64,000 bases of DNA from Pseudomonadota bacterium. Its GTDB lineage: Bacteria > Pseudomonadota > Gammaproteobacteria > Burkholderiales > Burkholderiaceae_C. Position 1 is the first letter of the stretch, and each line of letters begins with the position of its first letter. A program made the position numbers and the translations under genes. The stretch covers positions 7,076-71,075 of the forward strand of contig JAZKCB010000031.1 in NCBI GenBank assembly GCA_040388335.1. The letters run 5' to 3'. Positions 18,320-27,845 of the stretch are shown here, piece by piece. The notes below the pieces were generated by a model, which saw only the letters and a list, made by a program, of their open reading frames with translations, was not told the DNA's origin and did not search any database.

Positions 18320-19294
18320 ATGAAGGTCTGTATTTACGGCGCAGGCGCCATCGGCGGCTGGATAGGCCACAAGCTTGCGGGCGCGGGCTGCGATGTCAGC
18401 GCAGTGGCGCGCGGCGCAACATTGGCGGCACTTCAGCAGCATGGCCTTCGGCTCAATGAAGGCGGCAACACCACGGCACAGCCCGTCAAAAGCAGTGCGC
18501 AGCCCGCAGAGCTGGGTGTACAGGATCTGGTGGTGCTGGCCGTGAAAGCACCATCGCTGCCAGAAGTAACGCGGCACATTGCGCCGTTGATCGGCCCCAA
18601 CACCATCGTGCTGACCGCAATGAACGGCGTGCCCTGGTGGTTTCTTCAGGGCTTTGGCGGCGCGCTGGCCAACCAGCGCCTGAGCACGGTTGACCATGAT
18701 GGCACACTCGACAAGGCCATTCCCGCAGCCAACATCATCGGCTGCGTGGTGCATGCCAGCGGCATGGTCGACGCGCCCGGCCTGATACATCACCACAGGG
18801 GCAACAAGCTCATCATCGGCGAGCCATCGGGCAAAAAAACAGCACGTTTGCTGGCGCTGGCAGCCCTGCTTGAAAAAGCTGGTTTCGAGGCACCGGTGTC
18901 GGAGCAGATTCAAAAAGACATCTGGTACAAGCTCTGGGGCAACATGACCATGAACCCCATCAGCGCCTTCACCGGGGCCACGTCGGACCTCATCATGGGC
19001 GATGAACTGGTCTGCGAATTCACGTCGAACGTGATGTTAGAGGCCAAGGAGATCGGCGCACGACTGGGCATACCGATTGACCAGACGCCAGAAGAGCGCC
19101 ACGTCATCACACGCAAGCTGGGTGCCTTCAAGACATCGATGCTGCAGGACGTTGAAGCCGGCAAACCCATCGAGCTGGATGCGCTGGTGTCTGCCGTGCG
19201 CGAGCTGGGGCAACTGACGAAAGTGGCGACGCCGTTCACCGATGCGCTGCTGGGCCTGGCGCGGCTGAATGCGCGCGTCAAAGGACTTTATTAA
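18320..19294 (+). CDS. Ketopantoate reductase family protein (PanE/ApbA, PanE2-like)
   Basis: GAGAIGG, AMNGVPWWF, KLWGN, KTSMLQD. Confidence 0.85.
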   Translation: MKVCIYGAGAIGGWIGHKLAGAGCDVSAVARGATLAALQQHGLRLNEGGNTTAQPVKSSAQPAELGVQDLVVLAVKAPSLPEVTRHIAPLIGPNTIVLTAMNGVPWWFLQGFGGALANQRLSTVDHDGTLDKAIPAANIIGCVVHASGMVDAPGLIHHHRGNKLIIGEPSGKKTARLLALAALLEKAGFEAPVSEQIQKDIWYKLWGNMTMNPISAFTGATSDLIMGDELVCEFTSNVMLEAKEIGARLGIPIDQTPEERHVITRKLGAFKTSMLQDVEAGKPIELDALVSAVRELGQLTKVATPFTDALLGLARLNARVKGLY

Positions 19295-19307
19295 TGAGGC
19301 AATATTG

Positions 19308-20216
19308 ATGACGGCGAAACCAGGCCGCGCACTGAGCGGCACCGCGTTTGCAACACTGCTTTTGATCGCGCTGATGATGGGCTCCAACCATGTGGCCGCG
19401 CGTTTTGCCTTCAACAACGGCGTGGACGTCGCAACCGCCGTGACGGTACGCAGTTTTGTCACGGCGGCAGTTGTCAGCGTACTGTTTCTGCTGCAGGGTG
19501 CGAGGGTCAAACTGACCGGGCGTCACAAGGGCTTTTTGCTGGCGATCGGGCTGCTGATCGGTGTGCAAAGCATTTGCCTGTACTCAGGCGTTGCGCGCCT
19601 GCCCGTCGTGCTGGCGCTGCTGGCATTCAACACCTACCCGCTCTGGACGGCGGTCTGGAACCGCATTTTCTACGGCCACAAACCGGAGCGCGCCACCTTG
19701 ATCGCCATGCCCTTCATTCTTGTCGGCTTGTGCATGGCGCTGGATGTGTTTGGTGCCGCATCAGGCCTGGGCGCCGCTGGCCAGTGGGCCCGCATAGGTG
19801 CCGGTGTGGTCTTTGCACTGGCGGCAGGTGCAACGTTTGGCCTGGCGCTGGTCCTGACGCAGCATGAGGCCGGTGACCTGGACGGCCGGCTGCGCACCGC
19901 CAGCACCATGGGCCTGGCTGGTGTGGTGGCACTGGGCATGGTGGCCACGCAGGGCGGCTTTCATTTGCCGCAGGCCGCAGCAGGCTGGTGGGGCCTGGCC
20001 GCGCTGACCTTTCTTTATGGCACGGCTTTCACCATCATGTTCACCGTGCTGCCCAAGCTGGGCGTTGCAGGCAACTCGGCCATCATGAATGTCGAGCCGG
20101 TTTGTGCGATGGTGCTGGCCTGGCTGCTGCTGGGCCAGTCGATTGCTCCTTTGCAGGTGGCCGGTGCGCTGCTGGTGGTGGGGACGGTGATGGCGCTGGG
20201 TTTGCGCAAGCGTTAG
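19308..20216 (+). CDS. DMT/EamA-family transporter
   Basis: About 10 TM segments, MNVEPV motif. Confidence 0.8.
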   Translation: MTAKPGRALSGTAFATLLLIALMMGSNHVAARFAFNNGVDVATAVTVRSFVTAAVVSVLFLLQGARVKLTGRHKGFLLAIGLLIGVQSICLYSGVARLPVVLALLAFNTYPLWTAVWNRIFYGHKPERATLIAMPFILVGLCMALDVFGAASGLGAAGQWARIGAGVVFALAAGATFGLALVLTQHEAGDLDGRLRTASTMGLAGVVALGMVATQGGFHLPQAAAGWWGLAALTFLYGTAFTIMFTVLPKLGVAGNSAIMNVEPVCAMVLAWLLLGQSIAPLQVAGALLVVGTVMALGLRKR

Positions 20217-20227
20217 GCCGAAAGCTT

Positions 20228-21328
20228 CTAACCGGCGTCAACCACCACAGGCACCCGCGTTGCCAGCGCACACATCAGCTCATAGCCGACAGTGCCCGCT
20301 GACTGCGCAATCTCGTCAATCGACAACACCCCGCCTGACGCCGACCTGCCCCAAAGCGTCACCTCACTGCCCATGCCGGCAGTGGGTACAGGTGTGAGGT
20401 CTACCGTGATCATGTCCATGCTGACGCGGCCGATCATGCGGGTGCGCACGCCATTCACCAGCACCGGTGTACCCGTGGTGCAGTGGCGCGGGTAGCCGTC
20501 TGCATAACCGCAAGCGACAACGCCGATGCGCATGGGCCCATCGGCGGTGAAGCTGGAGCCGTAGCCGACCGTGTCACCGGCCACCAGGCTTTGCATGCCT
20601 ATGATTTTTGAGGTAAGTGTCATGGCCGGCAACAAACCCCAATCGGCCGCGCTGCGTTCGGGAAAGTCGGGCGCGCTGCCGTAGACCGCGATGCCGGGTC
20701 GTATCCAGTCTGACTTCACCGCCAGCGCGCCGGCGTGGCGCAGGCTGGCAGCGCTGTTGCTCAGGCTGCGTTCACCGGGCAGATCATGCGTGACGGCTTC
20801 AAATGCGGCGACCTGCGCGGCCACGCCCTTGGGGCCATCAGCATCAGAAAAATGCGTGATCAGCGAAATCTCTTCGACCTGCGGCAGGGCATTGAGGCGT
20901 GTCCACGCCGCGCGGTAGCGCTCGGGTGTGAAGCCAAGGCGGTTCATGCCGGAGTTCATTTTCAGAAACACGCGATGCGGCAGCTGTGTCTTGTGCGTGG
21001 CCAGCATGTCGATCTGCTCGTTGCAGTGAATCACATGCCACAGGCCCAGGCGCGAACACAGTTCAAGATCACGCGCCTCAAAGCAGCCTTCCAGCAGCAG
21101 GATGGGCCCGCGCCAGTCGAGCGCGCGCAGGCGCTGTGCCTCCGTCAGGTCCAGCAGTGCAAAGCCGTCGGCGCTGCGCAGGCCTTCAAATGTGCGCTCG
21201 ATGCCATGGCCATAGGCGTTGGCCTTGACGATGGCCCAGACCCTTGCATCGGGCGCTGCCGCACGCATGCGCGCCAGGTTGTGGGCCAGTGCTGCGGTGT
21301 GGATGGTGGCGAGTATGGGGCGGGGCAT
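20228..21328 (-). CDS. alr: Alanine racemase
   Basis: [35 protein letters not shown]; start trimmed to MPRPI. Confidence 0.95.
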   Translation of the reverse strand: MPRPILATIHTAALAHNLARMRAAAPDARVWAIVKANAYGHGIERTFEGLRSADGFALLDLTEAQRLRALDWRGPILLLEGCFEARDLELCSRLGLWHVIHCNEQIDMLATHKTQLPHRVFLKMNSGMNRLGFTPERYRAAWTRLNALPQVEEISLITHFSDADGPKGVAAQVAAFEAVTHDLPGERSLSNSAASLRHAGALAVKSDWIRPGIAVYGSAPDFPERSAADWGLLPAMTLTSKIIGMQSLVAGDTVGYGSSFTADGPMRIGVVACGYADGYPRHCTTGTPVLVNGVRTRMIGRVSMDMITVDLTPVPTAGMGSEVTLWGRSASGGVLSIDEIAQSAGTVGYELMCALATRVPVVVDAG

Positions 21329-21566
21329 GGGGGTAAGTGAGGACGGCGGCCTGCAGTTTAGGTGCGTTGTGTATTTGACAACACGAAGAATCAGGGTAAG
21401 CCCCGAAGCCAAGTTTACAAACCGGACATTAAGTGCTTTACAAAGCTCCTCTATGGATTTTGACAGCTGCCCCCATGCTATAAACCACCTTGGTCAGGAG
21501 ACACCCCCCATTTTTTGCAGCAGCCTGCGAGCTGGTGCATGCCCATGAAGTGATCGACAAAGTTTA

Positions 21567-22847
21567 ATGAAGCGCGGTTTTTACACCATCATGGCAGCCC
21601 AGTTTTTCAGCTCGCTGGCTGATAACGCGTTGTTCGTAGCCGCTGTCGAGCTGCTGAAGACCAGCGGCGCTCCGAAATGGCAGCCCGCCGCCCTGGTGCC
21701 GATGTTTGCGCTCTTTTACGTGGTGCTCGCACCATTTGTGGGCGCCTTTGCCGACGCGCAACCCAAGGGCAAGGTCATGTTCATCAGCAACGCCATCAAG
21801 GTGGTGGGTTGCCTGATGATGCTGTTCGGCACCCACCCCCTGATGGCCTACGCCATCGTCGGCCTGGGCGCTGCCGCCTATTCGCCCGCGAAGTACGGCA
21901 TCCTGACCGAACTGCTGCCCTCCTCACAACTCGTCAAGGCCAACGGCTGGATCGAGGGCCTGACGATCTCCTCCATCATTCTGGGCGTTCTGCTGGGCGG
22001 CCAGCTGGTCGGCCACCACATATCGTCCCGCCTGCTGGCCCTGGACATTCCATTTTTTGAAACCGGTATCGACACCCCGCCTGAAGCAGCGATTGCCGTG
22101 CTGATTTTGCTGTACGCCATTGCGGCCTGGTTCAATACCCGCATCCCGCGCACCGGTGTCGAGATGCGGCCCATGCCCAAAAACAAGCTGGAGCTGCTGC
22201 CTGATTTCTGGAACTGCAACTCGGCCCTGTGGCGCGACAAACTCGGCCAGATCTCGCTGTCCACCACCACGCTGTTCTGGGGTGTGTCGGGCAACCTGCG
22301 CTACATCGTGCTGGCCTGGAGCGCGGCGGCACTCGGCTACAGCACCACGCAGGCCTCATCGCTGGTCGGTGTGGTCGCCATCGGCACGGCTGTCGGCGCG
22401 ATCATCGCGTCCATGCGCATGCGCCTCGACCAGGCCACCAGCGTGATGCCGCTGGGCATTGCCATGGGCGTGCTGGTTATCTTGATGAACTTCATCGGCA
22501 ATGTCTGGGTGGCGGCGCCTTTCCTGATTTTGCTCGGCGGACTGGGCGGCTTTCTGGTCGTGCCCATGAATGCGCTGCTGCAACACCGCGGCCACAACCT
22601 CATGGGCGCGGGCCGCTCAATTGCCGTGCAGAACTTCAACGAGCAGGCCTGCATCCTGAGCCTGGGCGCTTTCTACAGCCTCTCGACCGGCATGGGCCTG
22701 TCGGCCTTCGGCGCCATCACCGCCTTCGGCATTGTGGTCGCCGGCTTCATGGCGCTGATCCAGTACTGGCACAAGAGCAACCTCGTCAAGCACAAGGAGC
22801 AGGTCGACCACCTGCTGGCTATCGCCCGTAGCGACAACAGTCACTGA
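21567..22847 (+). CDS. lplT: Lysophospholipid transporter
   Basis: AQFFSSLADNAL, AYSPAKYGILTE, PMNALLQHRG, IAVQNFNE. Confidence 0.9.
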   Translation: MKRGFYTIMAAQFFSSLADNALFVAAVELLKTSGAPKWQPAALVPMFALFYVVLAPFVGAFADAQPKGKVMFISNAIKVVGCLMMLFGTHPLMAYAIVGLGAAAYSPAKYGILTELLPSSQLVKANGWIEGLTISSIILGVLLGGQLVGHHISSRLLALDIPFFETGIDTPPEAAIAVLILLYAIAAWFNTRIPRTGVEMRPMPKNKLELLPDFWNCNSALWRDKLGQISLSTTTLFWGVSGNLRYIVLAWSAAALGYSTTQASSLVGVVAIGTAVGAIIASMRMRLDQATSVMPLGIAMGVLVILMNFIGNVWVAAPFLILLGGLGGFLVVPMNALLQHRGHNLMGAGRSIAVQNFNEQACILSLGAFYSLSTGMGLSAFGAITAFGIVVAGFMALIQYWHKSNLVKHKEQVDHLLAIARSDNSH

Positions 22848-22854
22848 TTGACGA

Positions 22855-23739
22855 ATGAAAGCAGACAGCAGGGGTGCCTTGCTCGCGGCGGGAGCGCTTG
22901 TTTGCAACGCCTTCGTTTGGGGCGTGTCCTGGTGGCCCTTCCGCCATTTGCAGGATCACGGCCTGCACCCGCTCTGGTCCACCGCACTGGTTTACGCGTT
23001 CGCGCTGGTCGCATTGCTGATCGCCTGGCCACGCAGCTGGCGCAGTTTCACGACCCACCCCCAACTCTGGCTGCTGGCTATCGCTGCCGGCGTTACCAAC
23101 GTCGGCTTTAACTGGGCCGTGACGGTTGGCGATGTGGTTCGCGTTGTGCTTCTTTTTTACCTGATGCCGGCCTGGGCGGTGCTGGTGGGCTGGTACATGC
23201 TGGGTGAAAAGCCGTCGAAGGCGTCGCTGCTCAGGCTGGTACTGGCCATGGCGGGCGTGCTCATCGTGCTCAAGACACCCGACTCGCCCTGGCCGATTCC
23301 GCAAAGCGCGGCTGACTGGCTGGCGCTGCTGGGCGGCTTCAGTTTTGCCGTCACCAACGCACTCCTTCGCAAGATGAAAGCTGTGCCCGACAGCTCACGC
23401 ATGCTGGCCATGTTTGGCGGCGGCGCCGTGCTGGCATCCGGCGTGGCGCTGGTCGGGATGATGCAGCACGCTGTGCCCGCGCCTGCCTTGGCGGCGGCCG
23501 GCATTCCAGTGGCGATTGGCTTGAGTGTGGCCTTTCTTGTGGGCAATGCAGCACTTCAGTACGGCGCTGCACGGCTTGCTGGCAGCGCCACTTCGCTGGT
23601 GATGTTGACGGAGATTCTGTTTGCCAGCGGATCGGCGGCGTTGCTGGGGGCTGCTGCGTTTACGCCTCGCATTCTGCTGGGTGGGGGGTTGATTGTTGTT
23701 GCGGCTTTGCTTGCCGCGCTTGCTTCTTCGGAGAAGTGA
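22855..23739 (+). CDS. DMT/EamA-family transporter
   Basis: 10-TM pattern, LLFYLMPAW, MLTEILFA. Confidence 0.8.
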   Translation: MKADSRGALLAAGALVCNAFVWGVSWWPFRHLQDHGLHPLWSTALVYAFALVALLIAWPRSWRSFTTHPQLWLLAIAAGVTNVGFNWAVTVGDVVRVVLLFYLMPAWAVLVGWYMLGEKPSKASLLRLVLAMAGVLIVLKTPDSPWPIPQSAADWLALLGGFSFAVTNALLRKMKAVPDSSRMLAMFGGGAVLASGVALVGMMQHAVPAPALAAAGIPVAIGLSVAFLVGNAALQYGAARLAGSATSLVMLTEILFASGSAALLGAAAFTPRILLGGGLIVVAALLAALASSEK

Positions 23740-23750
23740 CAAGCCTTCTT

Positions 23751-23828
23751 GTGATTGGAGGTTTCTGCCCTTCACGTAGAAGCCGGGGGTAGCCCGGCCT
23801 GGTCGTGAAGGGCAACCCCCTCAACCAC
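23751..23828. repeat. Long intergenic hairpin of unknown type
   Basis: TGCCCTTCACG (23766-76) / CGTGAAGGGCA (23804-14) enclosing GCCGGG-GGTAG-CCCGGC. Confidence 0.55.
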
Positions 23829-23881
23829 TGGCAAGTCCCCACTCACCCGGTTACAGTGTGCAATCAACAGAGGAGCACACC

Positions 23882-24376
23882 ATGAGCACCCCCGACACCG
23901 TCTACGGCTTCGAAGCCACCAACATCAACGGCAAAACCATTCCGCTGGATGCGTTCAAGGGCAAGGTCATGCTGATCGTCAACACGGCCAGCAAGTGCGG
24001 CTTCACACCGCAGTTTGGCGGGCTTGAAGAGCTGCATAAAAGCTATGCCGGCAAGGGCCTGGCCGTGCTGGGCTTTCCGTGCAACCAGTTCGGCTCGCAG
24101 GACCCCGGCGCTGACGGCGAGATCGAGCAGTTCTGCCAGCTCAACTACGGCGTGAGCTTTCCCATGATGTCCAAGATCGACGTCAACGGCCCCGCCGCGC
24201 ACCCGCTCTACAAATGGTTGAGCGCCGAAGCGCCGGGTATTCTGGGCAGCAAGGCCATCAAATGGAACTTCACCAAGTTCCTCGTCGGCAAAAACGGCAA
24301 GGTGATTCGTCGCTACGCACCGACCGACAAGCCCGCTGATCTGGCGAAAGACATTGAAGCTGCGCTGGCGGCTTGA
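23882..24376 (+). CDS. Glutathione peroxidase (Cys-type)
   Basis: NTASKCGFTPQ, GFPCNQFG, KWNFTKFLV; AGGAG SD. Confidence 0.93.
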   Translation: MSTPDTVYGFEATNINGKTIPLDAFKGKVMLIVNTASKCGFTPQFGGLEELHKSYAGKGLAVLGFPCNQFGSQDPGADGEIEQFCQLNYGVSFPMMSKIDVNGPAAHPLYKWLSAEAPGILGSKAIKWNFTKFLVGKNGKVIRRYAPTDKPADLAKDIEAALAA

Positions 24377-24392
24377 GCGTTAGGTCGGCCCT

Positions 24393-24570
24393 ATTTTTAA
24401 CGTATACGTTAAAAATTGATCGGAAGTTAACTTCCATATTAACTTTTGCCCCCAAAACCCCGGGTTGCGGCTGCCAGCACGCAAAAAACGCCTGAAAACA
24501 GCCATTTTTTGGCATCAAATCAGCCTTCAGACCAATAAATACAGGCGTAAGCAGCTACGAATTAGATAGC
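24393..24570 (+). repeat. Dispersed intergenic element copy 2
   Basis: Perfect 24-bp palindrome ATTTTTAACGTATACGTTAAAAAT, 14-bp palindrome GGAAGTTAACTTCC, end ...GCAGCTACGAATTAGATAGC. Confidence 0.85.
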
Positions 24571-24584
24571 AAAAAGCTGCCCCA

Positions 24585-25832
24585 TCAGCCCGCCTGACTG
24601 GTACCCAGCGCTTCGTCCAGCAGCTCCACCCAATGCCTGACCGGCGTGGGCGTGCCGCTTTGCAGGTGGGTGATACAGCCGATATTGGCCGAGGCGATGA
24701 CATCGGGCTTCATCTCGGCGAGGTTGCCCAGCTTGCGGTCGCGCAGGCTGTAGGCGATGTCGGGGTTGAGGACCGAATAAGTGCCGGCCGAGCCACAGCA
24801 CAGGTGGGCCTCGCAGCTGGCGACTTGGATGTTGAAGCCGAGGTCAGACAGGTGCTTTTCAACGCCGCCGCGCAATTGCTGGCCGTGCTGCAGCGTGCAG
24901 GGTGGGTGAAAGGCGATCTGCCCGGCTCTGGCGGCAACGCGTGGGCGCAGCGGCTCGACCAGATCGGGCAGCAGCTCACTGAGGTCGCGCGTGAGGGCGC
25001 TGATGCGGGCGGCTTTGGCTGCGTACTGGGGGTCGTCCTTGAGCAAATGGCCGTAGTCCTTGACAGTGACACCGCAGCCGGAGGCGTTCATGACGATGGC
25101 CTCTACCCCGCCGCCTTCGCCCGTCTCAACATGCGGCCACCACGCATCAATGTTGCGCCGCATCTCGACCTTGCCGCCTTCGTGGTCGTTGAGGTGAAAC
25201 TTGACGGCGCCGCAGCAGCCAGCTTTGGCCGCCACCACGGTCTGGATGCCGGCAGCGTCGAGCACGCGGGCCGTAGCGCTGTTGATGTTGGGCATCATGG
25301 CCGGTTGCACGCAGCCTTCGAGCATCAGGACCTTGCGCGTGTGGGTGGCAGCCGGCCATTGGCCGGCGTGCTGTCTGGCGGGCACCTTGTTCTTCAGCGA
25401 TTCAGGCAGCAGGCCGCGCACCGACTGGCCCAGCTTCATGGCCGGTGCAAACAGCGGCGAAGGCAGACCTTCCTTCAGCGCCCAGCGCAGGGCTTTTTCA
25501 GCGGTAGGGCGCGCTACCTGTTCATCCACCAGCTTGCGGCCGATGTCCACGAGGTGACCATATTCAACGCCGCTGGGGCAGGTGGTTTCGCAGTTGCGGC
25601 AGGTCAGGCAGCGGTCGAGATGCAGCTGGGTCTTGCGGGTTGGGGTCTCGCCCTCAAGTACCTGCTTGATGAGGTAGATGCGGCCGCGCGGGCCGTCCAG
25701 CTCGTCGCCGAGCAGCTGGTAGGTCGGGCAGGTGGCGGTGCAAAAGCCGCAGTGCACACACTTGCGCAGAATCGCTTCGGCCTCCTGGCCTTCGGCGGTG
25801 TTTTTGAACTGGGGGGCGAGATGGGTTTGCAT
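24585..25832 (-). CDS. glcF: Glycolate dehydrogenase Fe-S subunit
   Basis: CVHCGFCTATCPTY, CLTCRNCETTCP, two CCG domains. Confidence 0.93.
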   Translation of the reverse strand: MQTHLAPQFKNTAEGQEAEAILRKCVHCGFCTATCPTYQLLGDELDGPRGRIYLIKQVLEGETPTRKTQLHLDRCLTCRNCETTCPSGVEYGHLVDIGRKLVDEQVARPTAEKALRWALKEGLPSPLFAPAMKLGQSVRGLLPESLKNKVPARQHAGQWPAATHTRKVLMLEGCVQPAMMPNINSATARVLDAAGIQTVVAAKAGCCGAVKFHLNDHEGGKVEMRRNIDAWWPHVETGEGGGVEAIVMNASGCGVTVKDYGHLLKDDPQYAAKAARISALTRDLSELLPDLVEPLRPRVAARAGQIAFHPPCTLQHGQQLRGGVEKHLSDLGFNIQVASCEAHLCCGSAGTYSVLNPDIAYSLRDRKLGNLAEMKPDVIASANIGCITHLQSGTPTPVRHWVELLDEALGTSQAG

Positions 25833-25841
25833 GTGTCTTCT

Positions 25842-26621
25842 TCAGCTTCTTGCCATCAGCCTGGTCTTGAGCAGGGCCTTGCGCCGCATCCGGCGCCGCC
25901 AGTCCGAAAACAGTGGTGGCAGGGACAGGACAAAAAGCAGCAGCGCCAGCGGCACGACCCAGACGAAGCCGATGTACTTGAAGCCCAGCGCCCCCACCAG
26001 GCCGCCGACGACAAACATGCCCAGGAGGGTTGAGAACAGCCTGAGCTTGATGCGGTTGGCCCGCACGCGTGACTCCGGCGGGCTGGCTGTGCGGTTCCAG
26101 TAGAGCAGCTTGCCCAGCTCGATGCCGAGATCGGTGATGACACCGGTCATGTGGGTGGTGCGGATCTGGGATGACGAGATCTTGCTGACCAGCGCATTTT
26201 GCAGCCCCATGGTGAAGGCCAGCACCAGCACGGTCAGCGGCACGGCAAACGGCGTCTGGTGGCCCATGTTCGCGCCCATCAGGCCAAAGACCAGCAGCAA
26301 TGCAGCCTCCAGCAGCAGGGGCAGGGCGTATTCGCTGCGCAGCCAGTGGTGACGCGACCAGTTGACCAGGATGGCCGTGGTGGCCGCGCCGGCAGTAAAA
26401 GCCAGCAGCGCACCGGCGGCGCCCAGCACCAGCTTCATGTTGCCGAGCACGAGGTTGTCGGCCAGCATGGATGCAAAACCCGTCATGTGCGAGGTGTACA
26501 TGCTGACCAGCAAAAAACCGCCGGCATTGATGGCGCCAGCGACAAAGGCCAGCACGCCGCCGAGTAACCGGTTTGTGGCGGCGGTGCGGTGTTGACCCGT
26601 GAGGTGGCGAAAGCGGCGCAT
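25842..26621 (-). CDS. YoaK/DUF1275 membrane protein
   Basis: AFVAGAINAGG, YTSHMTG, MGLQNA, RTTHMTG..TDLG. Confidence 0.85.
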   Translation of the reverse strand: MRRFRHLTGQHRTAATNRLLGGVLAFVAGAINAGGFLLVSMYTSHMTGFASMLADNLVLGNMKLVLGAAGALLAFTAGAATTAILVNWSRHHWLRSEYALPLLLEAALLLVFGLMGANMGHQTPFAVPLTVLVLAFTMGLQNALVSKISSSQIRTTHMTGVITDLGIELGKLLYWNRTASPPESRVRANRIKLRLFSTLLGMFVVGGLVGALGFKYIGFVWVVPLALLLFVLSLPPLFSDWRRRMRRKALLKTRLMARS

Positions 26622-26642
26622 GGCTCAGGCAGTTCAGGCAGC

Positions 26643-27749
26643 TCAGGCCAGAAGGCGACCGGGGTTGAAGATGCCGGCCGGATCGAACTCACGCATGAGC
26701 TGGCGGTGTATGCGGTCGAGTGGCGGCTTCAAGACATCAAAGCGGGGAACCGTGTCTGCCATGCCGCTGGTGCCAGTCCTGAACAGCGTGGCGTGGCCAC
26801 CTGCGGCGGCGGCAACCTCACGCAGCTGCCCAGCATGCACCGCCCCGGCACGCACCCAGCGCAGGCCACCATGCCACTCGATGAGCGGCGCTTCGGGCAG
26901 GTCCAGCACGGGCGCAGTCTGCGGCACCGACAGGCGCCACAGGTCCTGCTCAGCCGCACGCTCCCTGAACCACGGCAGATGCTGGTCGCGGCAGGCGTGC
27001 CAGTCTGCCTCGACGTTTTCTTTTCTTTCACCGCCCGATGCAGACAGTGTTTTGCAGGCAGCTTCAACGGCCGCTTTGGCGCCGCGCAAGCGCAGGTAGA
27101 GCGTGCCCTGGCCATCTTCTTCAAGCCAGCAACTGGCGTTGAGCGGCAGCGGCTGGCCACCCCAGGCGTTGAGCCGCTGCAGCGCCTCGGCCTGGCTGCA
27201 TGCAAAGCGCAGCGTGGCCTCAGCGGGAGCGACAGGCAGCACCTTGAGGCTGACCTCGGTGATCAGCCCCAGCGTGCCCATCGCGCCAGCCATGAGTCGT
27301 GACACGTCGTAACCGGCCACATTCTTCATGACCTGGCCGCCGAAGGTGAGTTGCTCTCCCCTGCCGTTGATGAGCTTGAGGCCGAGGACATAGTCACGCA
27401 CGGCACCGACGCTGGCACGGGCCGGGCCGCTGAGCCCGCTGGCGACCAGACCGCCGACCGTCGCAGCGCCGTCAAAATGCGGCGGCTCAAACGGCAGGCA
27501 CTGGCCTTGTTCAGCCAGCAGGGCTTCGAGTTCTGCCAGCGGTGTGCCCGTACCTGCGGTGACAACCAGCTCGCTGGGCTCGTAGCTGATCACGCCTGCG
27601 AGCGGCGCGGTATCGAGAATTTCACCCTGCAGCGACTGGCCGTAGAAGTCCTTGCTGCCGCCGCCACGTATGCGCAGCGGCGTACCCGTCGATGCGGCCG
27701 TACGTATGCGGTCGGCGATGGCGGCTGAGACGTCGGCAGGGAGATCCAT
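26643..27749 (-). CDS. glcE: Glycolate dehydrogenase FAD subunit
   Basis: YEPSELV, FEPPHF, GGQVMKNVAGYDVSRL, FDPAGIFNPGR; start trimmed to ATG 27749. Confidence 0.93.
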   Translation of the reverse strand: MDLPADVSAAIADRIRTAASTGTPLRIRGGGSKDFYGQSLQGEILDTAPLAGVISYEPSELVVTAGTGTPLAELEALLAEQGQCLPFEPPHFDGAATVGGLVASGLSGPARASVGAVRDYVLGLKLINGRGEQLTFGGQVMKNVAGYDVSRLMAGAMGTLGLITEVSLKVLPVAPAEATLRFACSQAEALQRLNAWGGQPLPLNASCWLEEDGQGTLYLRLRGAKAAVEAACKTLSASGGERKENVEADWHACRDQHLPWFRERAAEQDLWRLSVPQTAPVLDLPEAPLIEWHGGLRWVRAGAVHAGQLREVAAAAGGHATLFRTGTSGMADTVPRFDVLKPPLDRIHRQLMREFDPAGIFNPGRLLA

Positions 27750-27845
27750 AAGCCCTGATGGTAAGCCCCAGCCCGTCACAGGCTTTTGAATTTTTTGAAC
27801 GCCGGCTGTTCTTTTTTTGATGGCATATGGAAGGTCGCCTTCATG

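Noticed and set aside
23751-23828. Hairpin as a SECIS element for glutathione peroxidase
   Set aside because: The enzyme has Cys (TGC), no in-frame UGA, and the hairpin is upstream of the CDS.
24393-24416. Perfect palindrome as a protelomerase, dif or parS site
   Set aside because: No match to the dif or parS consensus I know, no protelomerase gene, and it recurs within the dispersed element.
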